Part shown: positions 39,548 to 48,440 of the stretch, piece by piece
Layout of the letters: every line of letters begins with the position of its first letter
How positions within the stretch are numbered: position 1 is the first letter of the stretch
Source: an uncultured Alphaproteobacteria bacterium
GTDB taxonomy: Bacteria > Pseudomonadota > Alphaproteobacteria > Micavibrionales > UBA1664
Assembly (NCBI GenBank): GCA_943789475.1
Contig: CALSUG010000006.1
Span: 41,834-105,833, forward strand
Length of the DNA stretch: 64,000 nt
Reading direction: 5' to 3'
Notes under the pieces: generated by a model
Told to the model about the DNA's origin: nothing
The model's input: only the letters and a program-made list of their open reading frames with translations
Databases searched by the model: none
Translations under genes and position numbers: made by a program

Positions 39548-40042
39548 TTACATAGCAATAAATTGAGGTCTTGTAATCAATTTTTGTTTTTTATGCCCAA
39601 TACGGCGAGGTATAAAAATAACCTCCTCTATCCCCTCTTGTAAAAGTAAGGATGACTCATTAGCAAGTTTTTTATGGTTTGCAGCCCAACGATCGACCTT
39701 TTGTGCCCCTTCAAAAGAGACACAGGCCTGATAAGACGCGTCATCAGAAAACATAAAACCCTCATTTTCAGGTCGCCCTTCCATACGTAAGCCACTCACT
39801 TTTAAATCCGCAAAAGGCGCACACGCCAATCTAAATGCATCTACAGCAGAGAGCAACGCATCAAAATCACGGCCAACCTGATCATTACACACAATCTCAA
39901 ACCATTTAGGATCAAGTGGATCCTTCGATATATCTCTGGTAAAAACATCCATTTCTGGCAATTCAAATTGCGCTAAGAATTCCTGCGCCGCGTTCTCATA
40001 TTCTTTTTTCCAAACCATCGGTCCGCCATCATTTGGTGCCAT
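39548..40042 (-). CDS. hypothetical protein
   Basis: 164 aa ORF with AAGGGTG RBS and upstream promoter. Confidence 0.6.
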   Translation of the reverse strand: MAPNDGGPMVWKKEYENAAQEFLAQFELPEMDVFTRDISKDPLDPKWFEIVCNDQVGRDFDALLSAVDAFRLACAPFADLKVSGLRMEGRPENEGFMFSDDASYQACVSFEGAQKVDRWAANHKKLANESSLLLQEGIEEVIFIPRRIGHKKQKLITRPQFIAM

Positions 40043-40074
40043 AATTCACCCCTTCATTTTAAAAATTATGTATT

Positions 40075-40104
40075 TTGATAGCACACAAAACAAAACTATG
40101 TCAA
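40075..40104 (-). promoter_or_regulatory. sigma70-like promoter
   Basis: TTGACA followed at normal spacing by GCTATCAA on the minus strand. Confidence 0.5.
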
Positions 40105-40133
40105 AAATAAAAATCCCCGCATGAAAGCGGGGA
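40103..40133 (-). terminator. intrinsic terminator after sucD
   Basis: TCCCCGC-N6-GCGGGGA stem with a T tract on the minus strand. Confidence 0.8.
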
Positions 40134-40162
40134 CATTTAAACTCACTAATTACTAATACAGG

Positions 40163-41038
40163 TTAAGCCGCAATTGCTTCTTTCACCGCTTCACCAAGAC
40201 CTGCTGGTGATTCTGTGACAACAAATCCAGCTGAACGCATTGCATCCATTTTCGCTGGCGCAGTATCATCACCACCAGAAATAATCGCACCCGCATGGCC
40301 CATACGTTTACCCGGAGGCGCCGTAACACCCGCGATAAAGCCCGCAATTGGTTTTGGATTTTTCAATGATTTATAATATTCCGCAGCTTCGATCTCGGCC
40401 GCACCACCAATTTCACCAATCATAATGATTGATTCCGTTTCATCATCCGCCATGAACATATCGATACAATCGATAAAGTTTGTCCCGTTTACAGGGTCAC
40501 CACCGATACCGATACATGTTGATTGACCAAGACCAGCCGCCGTTGTTTGTGCAACCGCCTCATAAGTCAAAGTACCAGAACGCGATACGATACCAACGGA
40601 TCCACGTTTGTGAATGTGACCAGGCATAATACCGATTTTACATTCGTCTGGCGTAATAACACCTGGGCAATTTGGCCCGATAAGGCGTGAATTTGAACCA
40701 GTCAACGCGCGTTTCACACGAACCATATCCATTACAGGAATACCCTCGGTAATACATACGATCAATTCTAATTCTGCATCGATTGCTTCCAAAATTGCAT
40801 CCGCCGCAAACGGTGGTGGTACGTAAATCACAGATGCGTTTGCATCCGTTGCTTCGCGCGCATCATAAACCGTGTCATACACTGGCAAGTTAAGGTGTTT
40901 TGAACCACCCTTACCCGGTGTAACACCGCCAACCATGTTTGTCCCATATGCAATGGCTTGCTCACTATGGAACGTACCTTGTGCGCCTGTAAAACCTTGG
41001 CAAATTAATTTTGTATCTTTATTTACGAGTACTGACAT
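40163..41038 (-). CDS. sucD: succinyl-CoA synthetase alpha subunit
   Basis: [15 protein letters not shown] and MGHAGA motifs. Confidence 0.97.
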   Translation of the reverse strand: MSVLVNKDTKLICQGFTGAQGTFHSEQAIAYGTNMVGGVTPGKGGSKHLNLPVYDTVYDAREATDANASVIYVPPPFAADAILEAIDAELELIVCITEGIPVMDMVRVKRALTGSNSRLIGPNCPGVITPDECKIGIMPGHIHKRGSVGIVSRSGTLTYEAVAQTTAAGLGQSTCIGIGGDPVNGTNFIDCIDMFMADDETESIIMIGEIGGAAEIEAAEYYKSLKNPKPIAGFIAGVTAPPGKRMGHAGAIISGGDDTAPAKMDAMRSAGFVVTESPAGLGEAVKEAIAA

Positions 41039-41062
41039 TTTTTATTCCTCTCTCGTTTCCTA

Positions 41063-42265
41063 TTAAGCCGCCATGGCTTGTTTTGTTGCATCAACGATTT
41101 TTTGTGCGGCATCGCCCAAATTATCGGCCGCGATGATCGGAAGGCCAGAGTTATTCAAAAGATCTTTCCCCTTCTCAACATTTGTTCCTTCCAAACGCAC
41201 AACCAATGGCACATTCAATGAAATTTCCTTTGCTGCGGCAATAACACCCTCGGCAATAACGTCACATTTCATGATACCGCCAAAGATATTTACAAGCACA
41301 CCCTGAACCTGTGGGTCAGATAAAATAATTTTGAATGCCGCGGTCACGCGCTCTGTCGTTGCTCCACCACCAACATCAAGGAAGTTCGCAGGCTCACCAC
41401 CATACAATTTAATGATATCCATTGTCGACATCGCCAAACCAGCGCCATTAACCATACAGCCGATATTTCCATCAAGGCGGACATAGTTCAATTCCCAATC
41501 TAACGCTTCTTTTTCTTGCGCGTCCTCTTCGGTTTCATCACGCATCGCAAAAATTTCTTTTTGACGGTATAGCGCGTTCGGGTCGAAATTCATTTTTGCA
41601 TCCAATGCCATAACTTCGTTATTATCCGTCACGATCAATGGGTTAATTTCAACGATAGATGCATCCAGTTCAACAGAACATTTATATAATGCCATGAAAA
41701 ATTTAACCGCTGATTTCATTGTGTCGCCAGTCAGACCCAGCGCAAATGCCAAACGACGTGCGTGAAAACCGCTCATGCCGCTTGCAGGATCAATTGAAAC
41801 ATGTGTAATTTTTTCTGGTGTTTCTTCCGCGACTTCTTCGATATCCATTCCACCTTCGGTTGATACCATGAATGTCACGCGTGATGATGCACGATCCAAA
41901 ACAACAGAACAGTAATATTCTTTTGCAATATCAACACCGTCCGTTACATACAAACGTTGGACTTCTTTACCTTCTTCGCCAGTTTGTTTTGTCACCAAAA
42001 CTTCACCCATCATTGCCGTTGCCGCATCGCGCACATCGTCAACCGTTTTACAAAGGCGAACACCGCCTTTGCCTTCTGGATTATTTTTAAAGTGACCTGC
42101 GCCACGCCCACCGGCGTGAATTTGTGCCTTAACAACAAACAAATCGCTGTCCATTGATTCGGCCGCTTTTACCGCTTCATCAACACTCATCGCAGGGATA
42201 CCCTTTGGTACTGCAACGCCATATTTCTCTAATAAACCTTTGGCTTGATATTCATGGATATTCAT
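41063..42265 (-). CDS. sucC: succinyl-CoA synthetase beta subunit
   Basis: [19 protein letters not shown] and NGAGLAM motifs. Confidence 0.97.
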   Translation of the reverse strand: MNIHEYQAKGLLEKYGVAVPKGIPAMSVDEAVKAAESMDSDLFVVKAQIHAGGRGAGHFKNNPEGKGGVRLCKTVDDVRDAATAMMGEVLVTKQTGEEGKEVQRLYVTDGVDIAKEYYCSVVLDRASSRVTFMVSTEGGMDIEEVAEETPEKITHVSIDPASGMSGFHARRLAFALGLTGDTMKSAVKFFMALYKCSVELDASIVEINPLIVTDNNEVMALDAKMNFDPNALYRQKEIFAMRDETEEDAQEKEALDWELNYVRLDGNIGCMVNGAGLAMSTMDIIKLYGGEPANFLDVGGGATTERVTAAFKIILSDPQVQGVLVNIFGGIMKCDVIAEGVIAAAKEISLNVPLVVRLEGTNVEKGKDLLNNSGLPIIAADNLGDAAQKIVDATKQAMAA

Positions 42266-42414
42266 TATTTTCGAATCCTTCACATTAATTTTCGACAGAA
42301 ACAGCATAACATGACCGTGACCACGTGCAAGGCCACCCCATCATGCATACATATTTATTTCGAATTTTATACATTAGTAATAGTTTAAAAAGGTTTAATG
42401 CATACAATCAGGAC

Positions 42415-43740
42415 ATGAGACAAGAAAATCCAGATATGAACCGCATAGAATACGCAAATGAGAATTTTGAAGCGATTGCAAAACGTTATGCTTTTATAAA
42501 CGGAGATAAAAGATTAGAAAGCGACCTTACACTTCTGTCGGACGGCACGAATGAATGCAAAAAAGAATCCGTTAGAAAGCGTTTGGATAAAGCCTTTAAG
42601 AAAATAGAACGAGTCCAAAAAACAAAAAAAGAAACAAAAAAGAGAAGAAAACGCCCTGTAAGATCTACAAAAAAGCTTTTACAAGATGGGATGAAAGCAA
42701 CAGTAGTAAATTTATCATTATTCACCGCTGCAGCCTATGGAGCCTATGAGGCTCTTGTCACAGATGATGGTTTTCTTCGAAATGGCTTAACACATCAATT
42801 CCAAATGGCACATGATGGCGTTAACGCCAATCACAACATTCATTATCAAAGCGCCATGCAAGGTATTGAAATAGGTGTTACACCTGTGGCCCTTATGATG
42901 TTACAAGCCATGGAAACAGTTTTTTTTGATGTCGATAGTGGTGGAGACGCACAGGGATTATATCAAAATCAAGTTTTAAATCTTATCGAACGAACACAGC
43001 GATATGCAGCTAGCATACCTGTCTATCAAGAGTTATCGGACATCCAACGTGATGCCATTGATAATATTTTAAATGATTCAAGAATGTCATCTCCCGCAGG
43101 CCGTAGAGAAATGGCTCAAGATCTAAAAGATGGACGTGTCTCAGCATTAGAACAAACTTTTTTAAATTTACGCAATGATCCCATTTTTATGGGGCAACTT
43201 ATGGGAGCACACTTACATGAACACCATCCAAGAATTCGATTAGGTAATCTCCCGCTATTTAACACAGACGAAGCCATAGAAATTGTTATGGATGAAGTCA
43301 CACAAATATACGGAAATCATTTTATGGGGAATATGGGGCATTTATATATGCAAGAATTGTCCGTTCAGGCAGCCAGTTTAAGCATAGCGGATACTCAAGA
43401 AGCTCAAGCCATAGCAGACCAAGTTCAAGCAAGCAATGGATGGGGATATCAATTCTATGCCCAATCATGGATTCGAAAAGCAGAAGCTAACCCTGGAATT
43501 TTTACTGATGGCGTGAATACATTATATGGCGATGTCTTAACCAATTTAAGAGACTATATAGAACTCAAAACCGCTGATGTACTATCTCCTATGGGAATAG
43601 TTTTTGAAACTCCAGAAGAAAATTCTTCACCACAAAGAGAGAGTATTGCAGAAAACAATGGACCAAACCTAGCACCAGAAACAAGTCCAAGGCCAAGATC
43701 CAATCCACGTCGTGCAGTTACAACACTCGCCCAAAATTAA
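42415..43740 (+). CDS. membrane-anchored protein, divergent lytic transglycosylase-like
   Basis: Basic N-terminal region, TM, then AMET..., AQGLYQ, LRNDP, IYGNHFMG and EANPGIF; start uncertain. Confidence 0.5.
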   Translation: MRQENPDMNRIEYANENFEAIAKRYAFINGDKRLESDLTLLSDGTNECKKESVRKRLDKAFKKIERVQKTKKETKKRRKRPVRSTKKLLQDGMKATVVNLSLFTAAAYGAYEALVTDDGFLRNGLTHQFQMAHDGVNANHNIHYQSAMQGIEIGVTPVALMMLQAMETVFFDVDSGGDAQGLYQNQVLNLIERTQRYAASIPVYQELSDIQRDAIDNILNDSRMSSPAGRREMAQDLKDGRVSALEQTFLNLRNDPIFMGQLMGAHLHEHHPRIRLGNLPLFNTDEAIEIVMDEVTQIYGNHFMGNMGHLYMQELSVQAASLSIADTQEAQAIADQVQASNGWGYQFYAQSWIRKAEANPGIFTDGVNTLYGDVLTNLRDYIELKTADVLSPMGIVFETPEENSSPQRESIAENNGPNLAPETSPRPRSNPRRAVTTLAQN

Positions 43741-44072
43741 ACACTAAATGATACACCGCATCCACATGATGATGATGCATTAGGATTGATAACCTTTAAT
43801 ATTGATCCACCAAGGGACGTTTCATATTTCAATGTAGAATTATTTAAAAATGGTACAGATACAGCATCAATGACCGTGCGGACACCATTTTTTTCAATGA
43901 TGATATCGTCATCGGCAATCACGTTATCCATATCCATACGGTATTGAAATCCTGAACATCCACCACCATCGACAGCAAGGCGAAAGAAATATGTTTCATC
44001 CAACTTTTGTTTCTCGATTATTTCAGCGATACGCCCCGCGGCAGCATCAGTGACTGTAAAATTCAATTCCAT
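43737..44072 (-). CDS. HesB/IscA/ErpA Fe-S carrier
   Basis: GGGCSGFQY and CGCGVSF motifs. Confidence 0.92.
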   Translation of the reverse strand: MELNFTVTDAAAGRIAEIIEKQKLDETYFFRLAVDGGGCSGFQYRMDMDNVIADDDIIIEKNGVRTVIDAVSVPFLNNSTLKYETSLGGSILKVINPNASSSCGCGVSFSV

Positions 44073-44078
44073 GACGAA

Positions 44079-44366
44079 TTAATCTTTCACCCGTTTAACA
44101 GATACAAATTCGTAATCACGATCGATTAAGTTTTTTTCAATCACTTCATCCGATAAATTATCGACACTATCAACATCAATAGTTACTAACTGTTTCTCCA
44201 AATCAATTTGAATGTCATTCACGCCTGCTTGCCCCTCAAACCCTTGAGTGATTGTCGCAGCACAGCTTTCGCACATCATACCTGCTGTTTTCACAACGAT
44301 TGTATCAGCCATAACCGGCGTGAACACAAGGAACAAGGCCGCTGTTAATAATGTAACTATCTTCAT
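44079..44366 (-). CDS. periplasmic heavy-metal-associated (HMA) domain protein
   Basis: Signal peptide and GMMCESC motif. Confidence 0.85.
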   Translation of the reverse strand: MKIVTLLTAALFLVFTPVMADTIVVKTAGMMCESCAATITQGFEGQAGVNDIQIDLEKQLVTIDVDSVDNLSDEVIEKNLIDRDYEFVSVKRVKD

Positions 44367-44378
44367 AATTCTAATTTC

Positions 44379-44978
44379 CTATTTATCTGCAGGGTGCCAT
44401 CCCCAAAACCATGTATCCATTTCAACGATTTCTGGTTTCTCACCATTATCATGGAACCAACTGTCGACAGCATACTTAATGCCTGTTTCTTTTTCAATGA
44501 TCACCGCCGTACGATGTGGCCCCAAACGACCCGACAAAATTGGTGGGCGCGAGGATAACGCATTCACTTCATGGAATTTTAATAGCGTCATCTGGTCAAG
44601 CAACATCAAATACGTCGTCGTGTTCGTGCTCTCATCTATACAGTCTTGTTGATAATTACCCAAACGGACATACGTTCCCGCGACATCTTCGCCTGTACCC
44701 GTTTTTGTACCAATCGTTTTTTCAAAATATGCAATCGCCTTTTGAATATTTTGACGTTCCGTTTTTGCATCATCATTCGATGTAAAAAATGATTGTATTT
44801 TTTTATGGTCCAGATCATTTAACCCAACCATGTCAATATTTTTGCATCCATATGATCTACAATGGGGAAATTGTTCCATCGACGGCGCATCAATGTTCAA
44901 CCGTGAATACACAATCGATGGATCGCTCACGCCACTCGCGCACCCTGATAATAAAATAAGGGCAAAAATTAATCTCAT
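44379..44978 (-). CDS. conserved lipoprotein
   Basis: Lipobox LSGC; DCIDESTNTT, H-T and VDSWF motifs. Confidence 0.7.
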   Translation of the reverse strand: MRLIFALILLSGCASGVSDPSIVYSRLNIDAPSMEQFPHCRSYGCKNIDMVGLNDLDHKKIQSFFTSNDDAKTERQNIQKAIAYFEKTIGTKTGTGEDVAGTYVRLGNYQQDCIDESTNTTTYLMLLDQMTLLKFHEVNALSSRPPILSGRLGPHRTAVIIEKETGIKYAVDSWFHDNGEKPEIVEMDTWFWGWHPADK

Positions 44979-45742
44979 AATTCAATAATAATTGGGGTAT
45001 GGTCTGATGCTTTTTCCCATCCACGTGGTTCGCGATCAACCTGCACATCCATCAATTGATCCGCAATTTCCGGAGTTAGCAAGAAATGATCAATACGAAT
45101 CCCTTTATTTTGTGGCCATGCCCCGGCCTGATAGTCCCAAAATGTATAACAATTATCTTCGTTTGGATGCATCATGCGATAGGCATCATATAATCCCATA
45201 TTTGTTAATTCACGCCACAAATCCCAACTTTCCTGACGGAATAATGCATCCCCCTCCCACACCTTTGGATCATGACAATCAACATCACGCGGAATAATAT
45301 TAAAATCACCACCAATCAAAAATGGAATTTCTTGTACTTTCAATTCTCGCAAATGATCCACCAATTCACGCATCCAGCGCAATTTATATGGATATTTTTC
45401 ACTATCAACCTGTACGGGGTTACCATTGGGACAATACACATTAATCATCCGTATCCCATCAATTTCAACCTCCAGATAACGCGCCTGTTCATCACCCTCC
45501 AATATCTCGTCCGAGATTAAGGTGATTGGTGTTTTCGATGCAATGGCCACACCGTTATATGTTTTTTGTCCTTTTATCTGAACGCTATAACCACGTTCCT
45601 CAAATTCAGATACAGGAAAGTTCTCGGCAATGCCTTTTAATTCCTGCATAAACAAAATGTCAGGTTGGGCGCCATCGATCCATTTTAAAACATTAGGTAA
45701 TCTGGCCTTGATTGAATTGATATTCCACGATGCGATTTTCAT
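44975..45742 (-). CDS. xth: exodeoxyribonuclease III
   Basis: MKIASWNINS, QELK, GDFN, RIDH and SDHTP motifs. Confidence 0.94.
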   Translation of the reverse strand: MKIASWNINSIKARLPNVLKWIDGAQPDILFMQELKGIAENFPVSEFEERGYSVQIKGQKTYNGVAIASKTPITLISDEILEGDEQARYLEVEIDGIRMINVYCPNGNPVQVDSEKYPYKLRWMRELVDHLRELKVQEIPFLIGGDFNIIPRDVDCHDPKVWEGDALFRQESWDLWRELTNMGLYDAYRMMHPNEDNCYTFWDYQAGAWPQNKGIRIDHFLLTPEIADQLMDVQVDREPRGWEKASDHTPIIIEL

Positions 45743-45815
45743 GTGTTTTTTGTAACATGAAACGATATATAAAAAAACACTGTGTGTTCGCCCACGCATC
45801 GTTTAAAATTTTATC

Positions 45816-46895
45816 ATGCTGTCATTCAACGACATTTTTAAAGATTACGCCCTGCAAAATGATTTGCACCCTGACCCTGTTCAGGATAATGCCGTTAATC
45901 ATTTATCAGACCTCAATGACAAACTGAACACTCCACAAAAAAAATCGTGGTTTTCACGTATCACCCCCATAAAAGGTATTTATATGTGGGGTGGTGTTGG
46001 TCGTGGTAAGACAATGATGATGGATTTATTTTTTGATCATATTCCCATTGATGCAAAGAAGCGTGTTCATTTTAACGTCTTTATGTTGGATGTGCATAAT
46101 AGCATCACTATCCTTCGCAAGGATGGAAAAGGGCAAGATCCATTACAAACCATTGCAAAGGATATTGCAAATACGATACGGGTTTTATGCTTTGATGAAT
46201 TTCAGGTCTATGACATTGCCGATGCCATGGTGTTATCCGAATTATTTACACACCTGTTCGATCATGGAGTAACCGTTATTGCCACCAGTAATGTTGCACC
46301 TGACAACTTGTACAAAGACGGGTTACAACGCGCACGATTTTTACCATTCATTCCGCTTATAAAAAAACATATGAATGTTATCCATATAGATAGCGACACC
46401 GACTATCGCCAACAAGCGCTACGCGATGATGGTGTTTACTTTGTTCAACATGAGGCAAAAATGAATGATTTGTTTCAGAAATTGACATCACACGGCACGG
46501 TTCGTCCAAATCATATTGACGTTAAAGGTCGCACTCTCCCTATTGAAAAAGCAACGATCGATACCGCATGGATATCATTTAGTGAGTTGTGTGAAAAACC
46601 ACGTGCCGCGATGGATTATCAAGCCTTGGCAAAAAATTATAAAACGATCTTCATCAATGATGTCCCCCGCATGGGATATGATCGTCGAAACGAGGCAAAA
46701 CGTTTTATACTGTTGATCGACACATTATATGATGAGCAAATACGCGTTATAATTAATGCGCAAACCTCCCCAATTGAAATTTACAATGGTGGAGATCATG
46801 CATTCGAATTTGAACGCACGGTTTCACGCCTCCTCGAAATGCAAGGACCAGAATATCAAGACAGAATTAGTACGGCACAGGATATTGACGATTAA
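45816..46895 (+). CDS. zapE: AFG1-family ATPase
   Basis: GGVGRGKT, CFDEFQV and TSN..P..LYKDGLQR motifs. Confidence 0.92.
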   Translation: MLSFNDIFKDYALQNDLHPDPVQDNAVNHLSDLNDKLNTPQKKSWFSRITPIKGIYMWGGVGRGKTMMMDLFFDHIPIDAKKRVHFNVFMLDVHNSITILRKDGKGQDPLQTIAKDIANTIRVLCFDEFQVYDIADAMVLSELFTHLFDHGVTVIATSNVAPDNLYKDGLQRARFLPFIPLIKKHMNVIHIDSDTDYRQQALRDDGVYFVQHEAKMNDLFQKLTSHGTVRPNHIDVKGRTLPIEKATIDTAWISFSELCEKPRAAMDYQALAKNYKTIFINDVPRMGYDRRNEAKRFILLIDTLYDEQIRVIINAQTSPIEIYNGGDHAFEFERTVSRLLEMQGPEYQDRISTAQDIDD

Positions 46896-47922
46896 CCGCG
46901 TCTATATCATTCAAAATTTCATCTGATAATACGATATCCTTTGCATCAATATCCGCCTTTAATTGATCCATTTTTGTCGCACCAATAATGACCGATGTAA
47001 CAAATGATCGTTGGTAACAGAATGCCAATGCCATCTGACACACATCTAACCCATGTTTGTCTGCCACGGCCATATAGGCACGAATGGCATCTTGTGAATG
47101 ATTAACATCACGTTGATTATTACGCCCCATATCCTTTTCAATTTGCCACCTTGTTCCTTGCGGTCTTGCACCATCAAGATATTTTCCGCTAATTGCACCA
47201 CAAACAAGTGGTGAATATGTCAGGTACGAAACATTTTCATGTGTGCATGTTTCCGCCATATATGGTTCATCCCCACGATACATAACCGAATACTCGTTTT
47301 GAACAGATGTAACCTGTGGCAAATCATGTTTTCGTGCTAATTCCAAATATTTCATCACGCCCCACGGAGTGTCATTTGATAATCCAAACGCACGAATTTT
47401 TCCATCTTTCACTGCTTTATCAAGTGCCTGAAGTATTTTGAACATACCTTCCACTTCTTGCTCTGTATCCATTTGAGTGTGATCAATATCTCCTGCATGA
47501 TGATTACCAAAATGTGGAAATTTATAATTTGGCCAGTGCAACTGGTAAAGATCAAGATAATCTGTTTGTAATCTTTTTAGACTGCGCTCTATCGCCATCT
47601 CAATACGATTTGGAGAAATAGGATCGCCATTATCAATCCATGGTAGGCCAACGCCTGCAACTTTTGTTGCCAAAACGATATCCTTACGCTTTCCAGTTTT
47701 TGTAAACCAGTTTCCAATATATGTTTCTGTTAATCCTTGCGTTTCCGGTTGTGGAGGAACAGCATACAGTTCGGCCGTATCAAAAAAATTAACGCCATTT
47801 TCAACGGCGTAATCCATTTGTTCGTGACCTTCGGCCTCGGTATTTTGACATCCCCATGTCATTGTTCCTAGACACACTTCCGAAACCGACATATCGGTTT
47901 TTCCTAATTTTTTATACTTCAT
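46867..47922 (-). CDS. aldo/keto reductase (Tas-like)
   Basis: LGTMTWG, DTAELY and DLYQLHWP motifs. Confidence 0.9.
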   Translation of the reverse strand: MKYKKLGKTDMSVSEVCLGTMTWGCQNTEAEGHEQMDYAVENGVNFFDTAELYAVPPQPETQGLTETYIGNWFTKTGKRKDIVLATKVAGVGLPWIDNGDPISPNRIEMAIERSLKRLQTDYLDLYQLHWPNYKFPHFGNHHAGDIDHTQMDTEQEVEGMFKILQALDKAVKDGKIRAFGLSNDTPWGVMKYLELARKHDLPQVTSVQNEYSVMYRGDEPYMAETCTHENVSYLTYSPLVCGAISGKYLDGARPQGTRWQIEKDMGRNNQRDVNHSQDAIRAYMAVADKHGLDVCQMALAFCYQRSFVTSVIIGATKMDQLKADIDAKDIVLSDEILNDIDAVNRQYPVPY

Positions 47923-47931
47923 GATTTTTCC

Positions 47932-48429
47932 TTACTCGAACTTTAAATCTTCAATAGCATTTGACAAACGCGGCGGTAATTCCAAGTTTAAATCTTCACG
48001 TGCCATAATAATTGGAATTGTTTTATTAAATTCTTTGATAAAATTTTCTTGTAATGGTTTTCGATCAAGCGTTATTTTATTAATCACAACACGTCCTCCC
48101 CCCGTATTAAAGAAACATTCCATCAATTGAGATTCTCGAGAACCATAGGAATTGGTTGTTAAATAACCAATTTGCGCTGAATTTTGTTTTTCACCTGTCG
48201 TTAATATTTTTAAATTTGTCGGATATTGAACATAACGTTCTAAAAAAGTTTTACACAAACCATATCGCCATGTGCCTGTTCGTTGCGATGTCGACGCGGT
48301 TGAAATAATAATAACAACAATAATGACCGCAAAAACACCACCAATAAGAACAAAGTCCTGATATTTTTTTAATACTGCTGTAAACTGGGTATCTTTATCA
48401 TTCGGCTCACCAAAAATTTTAGGTAACAT
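47932..48429 (-). CDS. single-pass membrane hypothetical protein downstream of icmB
   Basis: One TM followed by a domain with two Cys; 11 bp after the icmB stop. Confidence 0.65.
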   Translation of the reverse strand: MLPKIFGEPNDKDTQFTAVLKKYQDFVLIGGVFAVIIVVIIISTASTSQRTGTWRYGLCKTFLERYVQYPTNLKILTTGEKQNSAQIGYLTTNSYGSRESQLMECFFNTGGGRVVINKITLDRKPLQENFIKEFNKTIPIIMAREDLNLELPPRLSNAIEDLKFE

Positions 48430-48440
48430 AAAATAATTTC

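Noticed and set aside
42595-42680. Eukaryotic nuclear localisation signal (KKRRKRP)
   Set aside because: It directly precedes a TM helix and is explained by the positive-inside rule; there is no evidence for a eukaryotic target.
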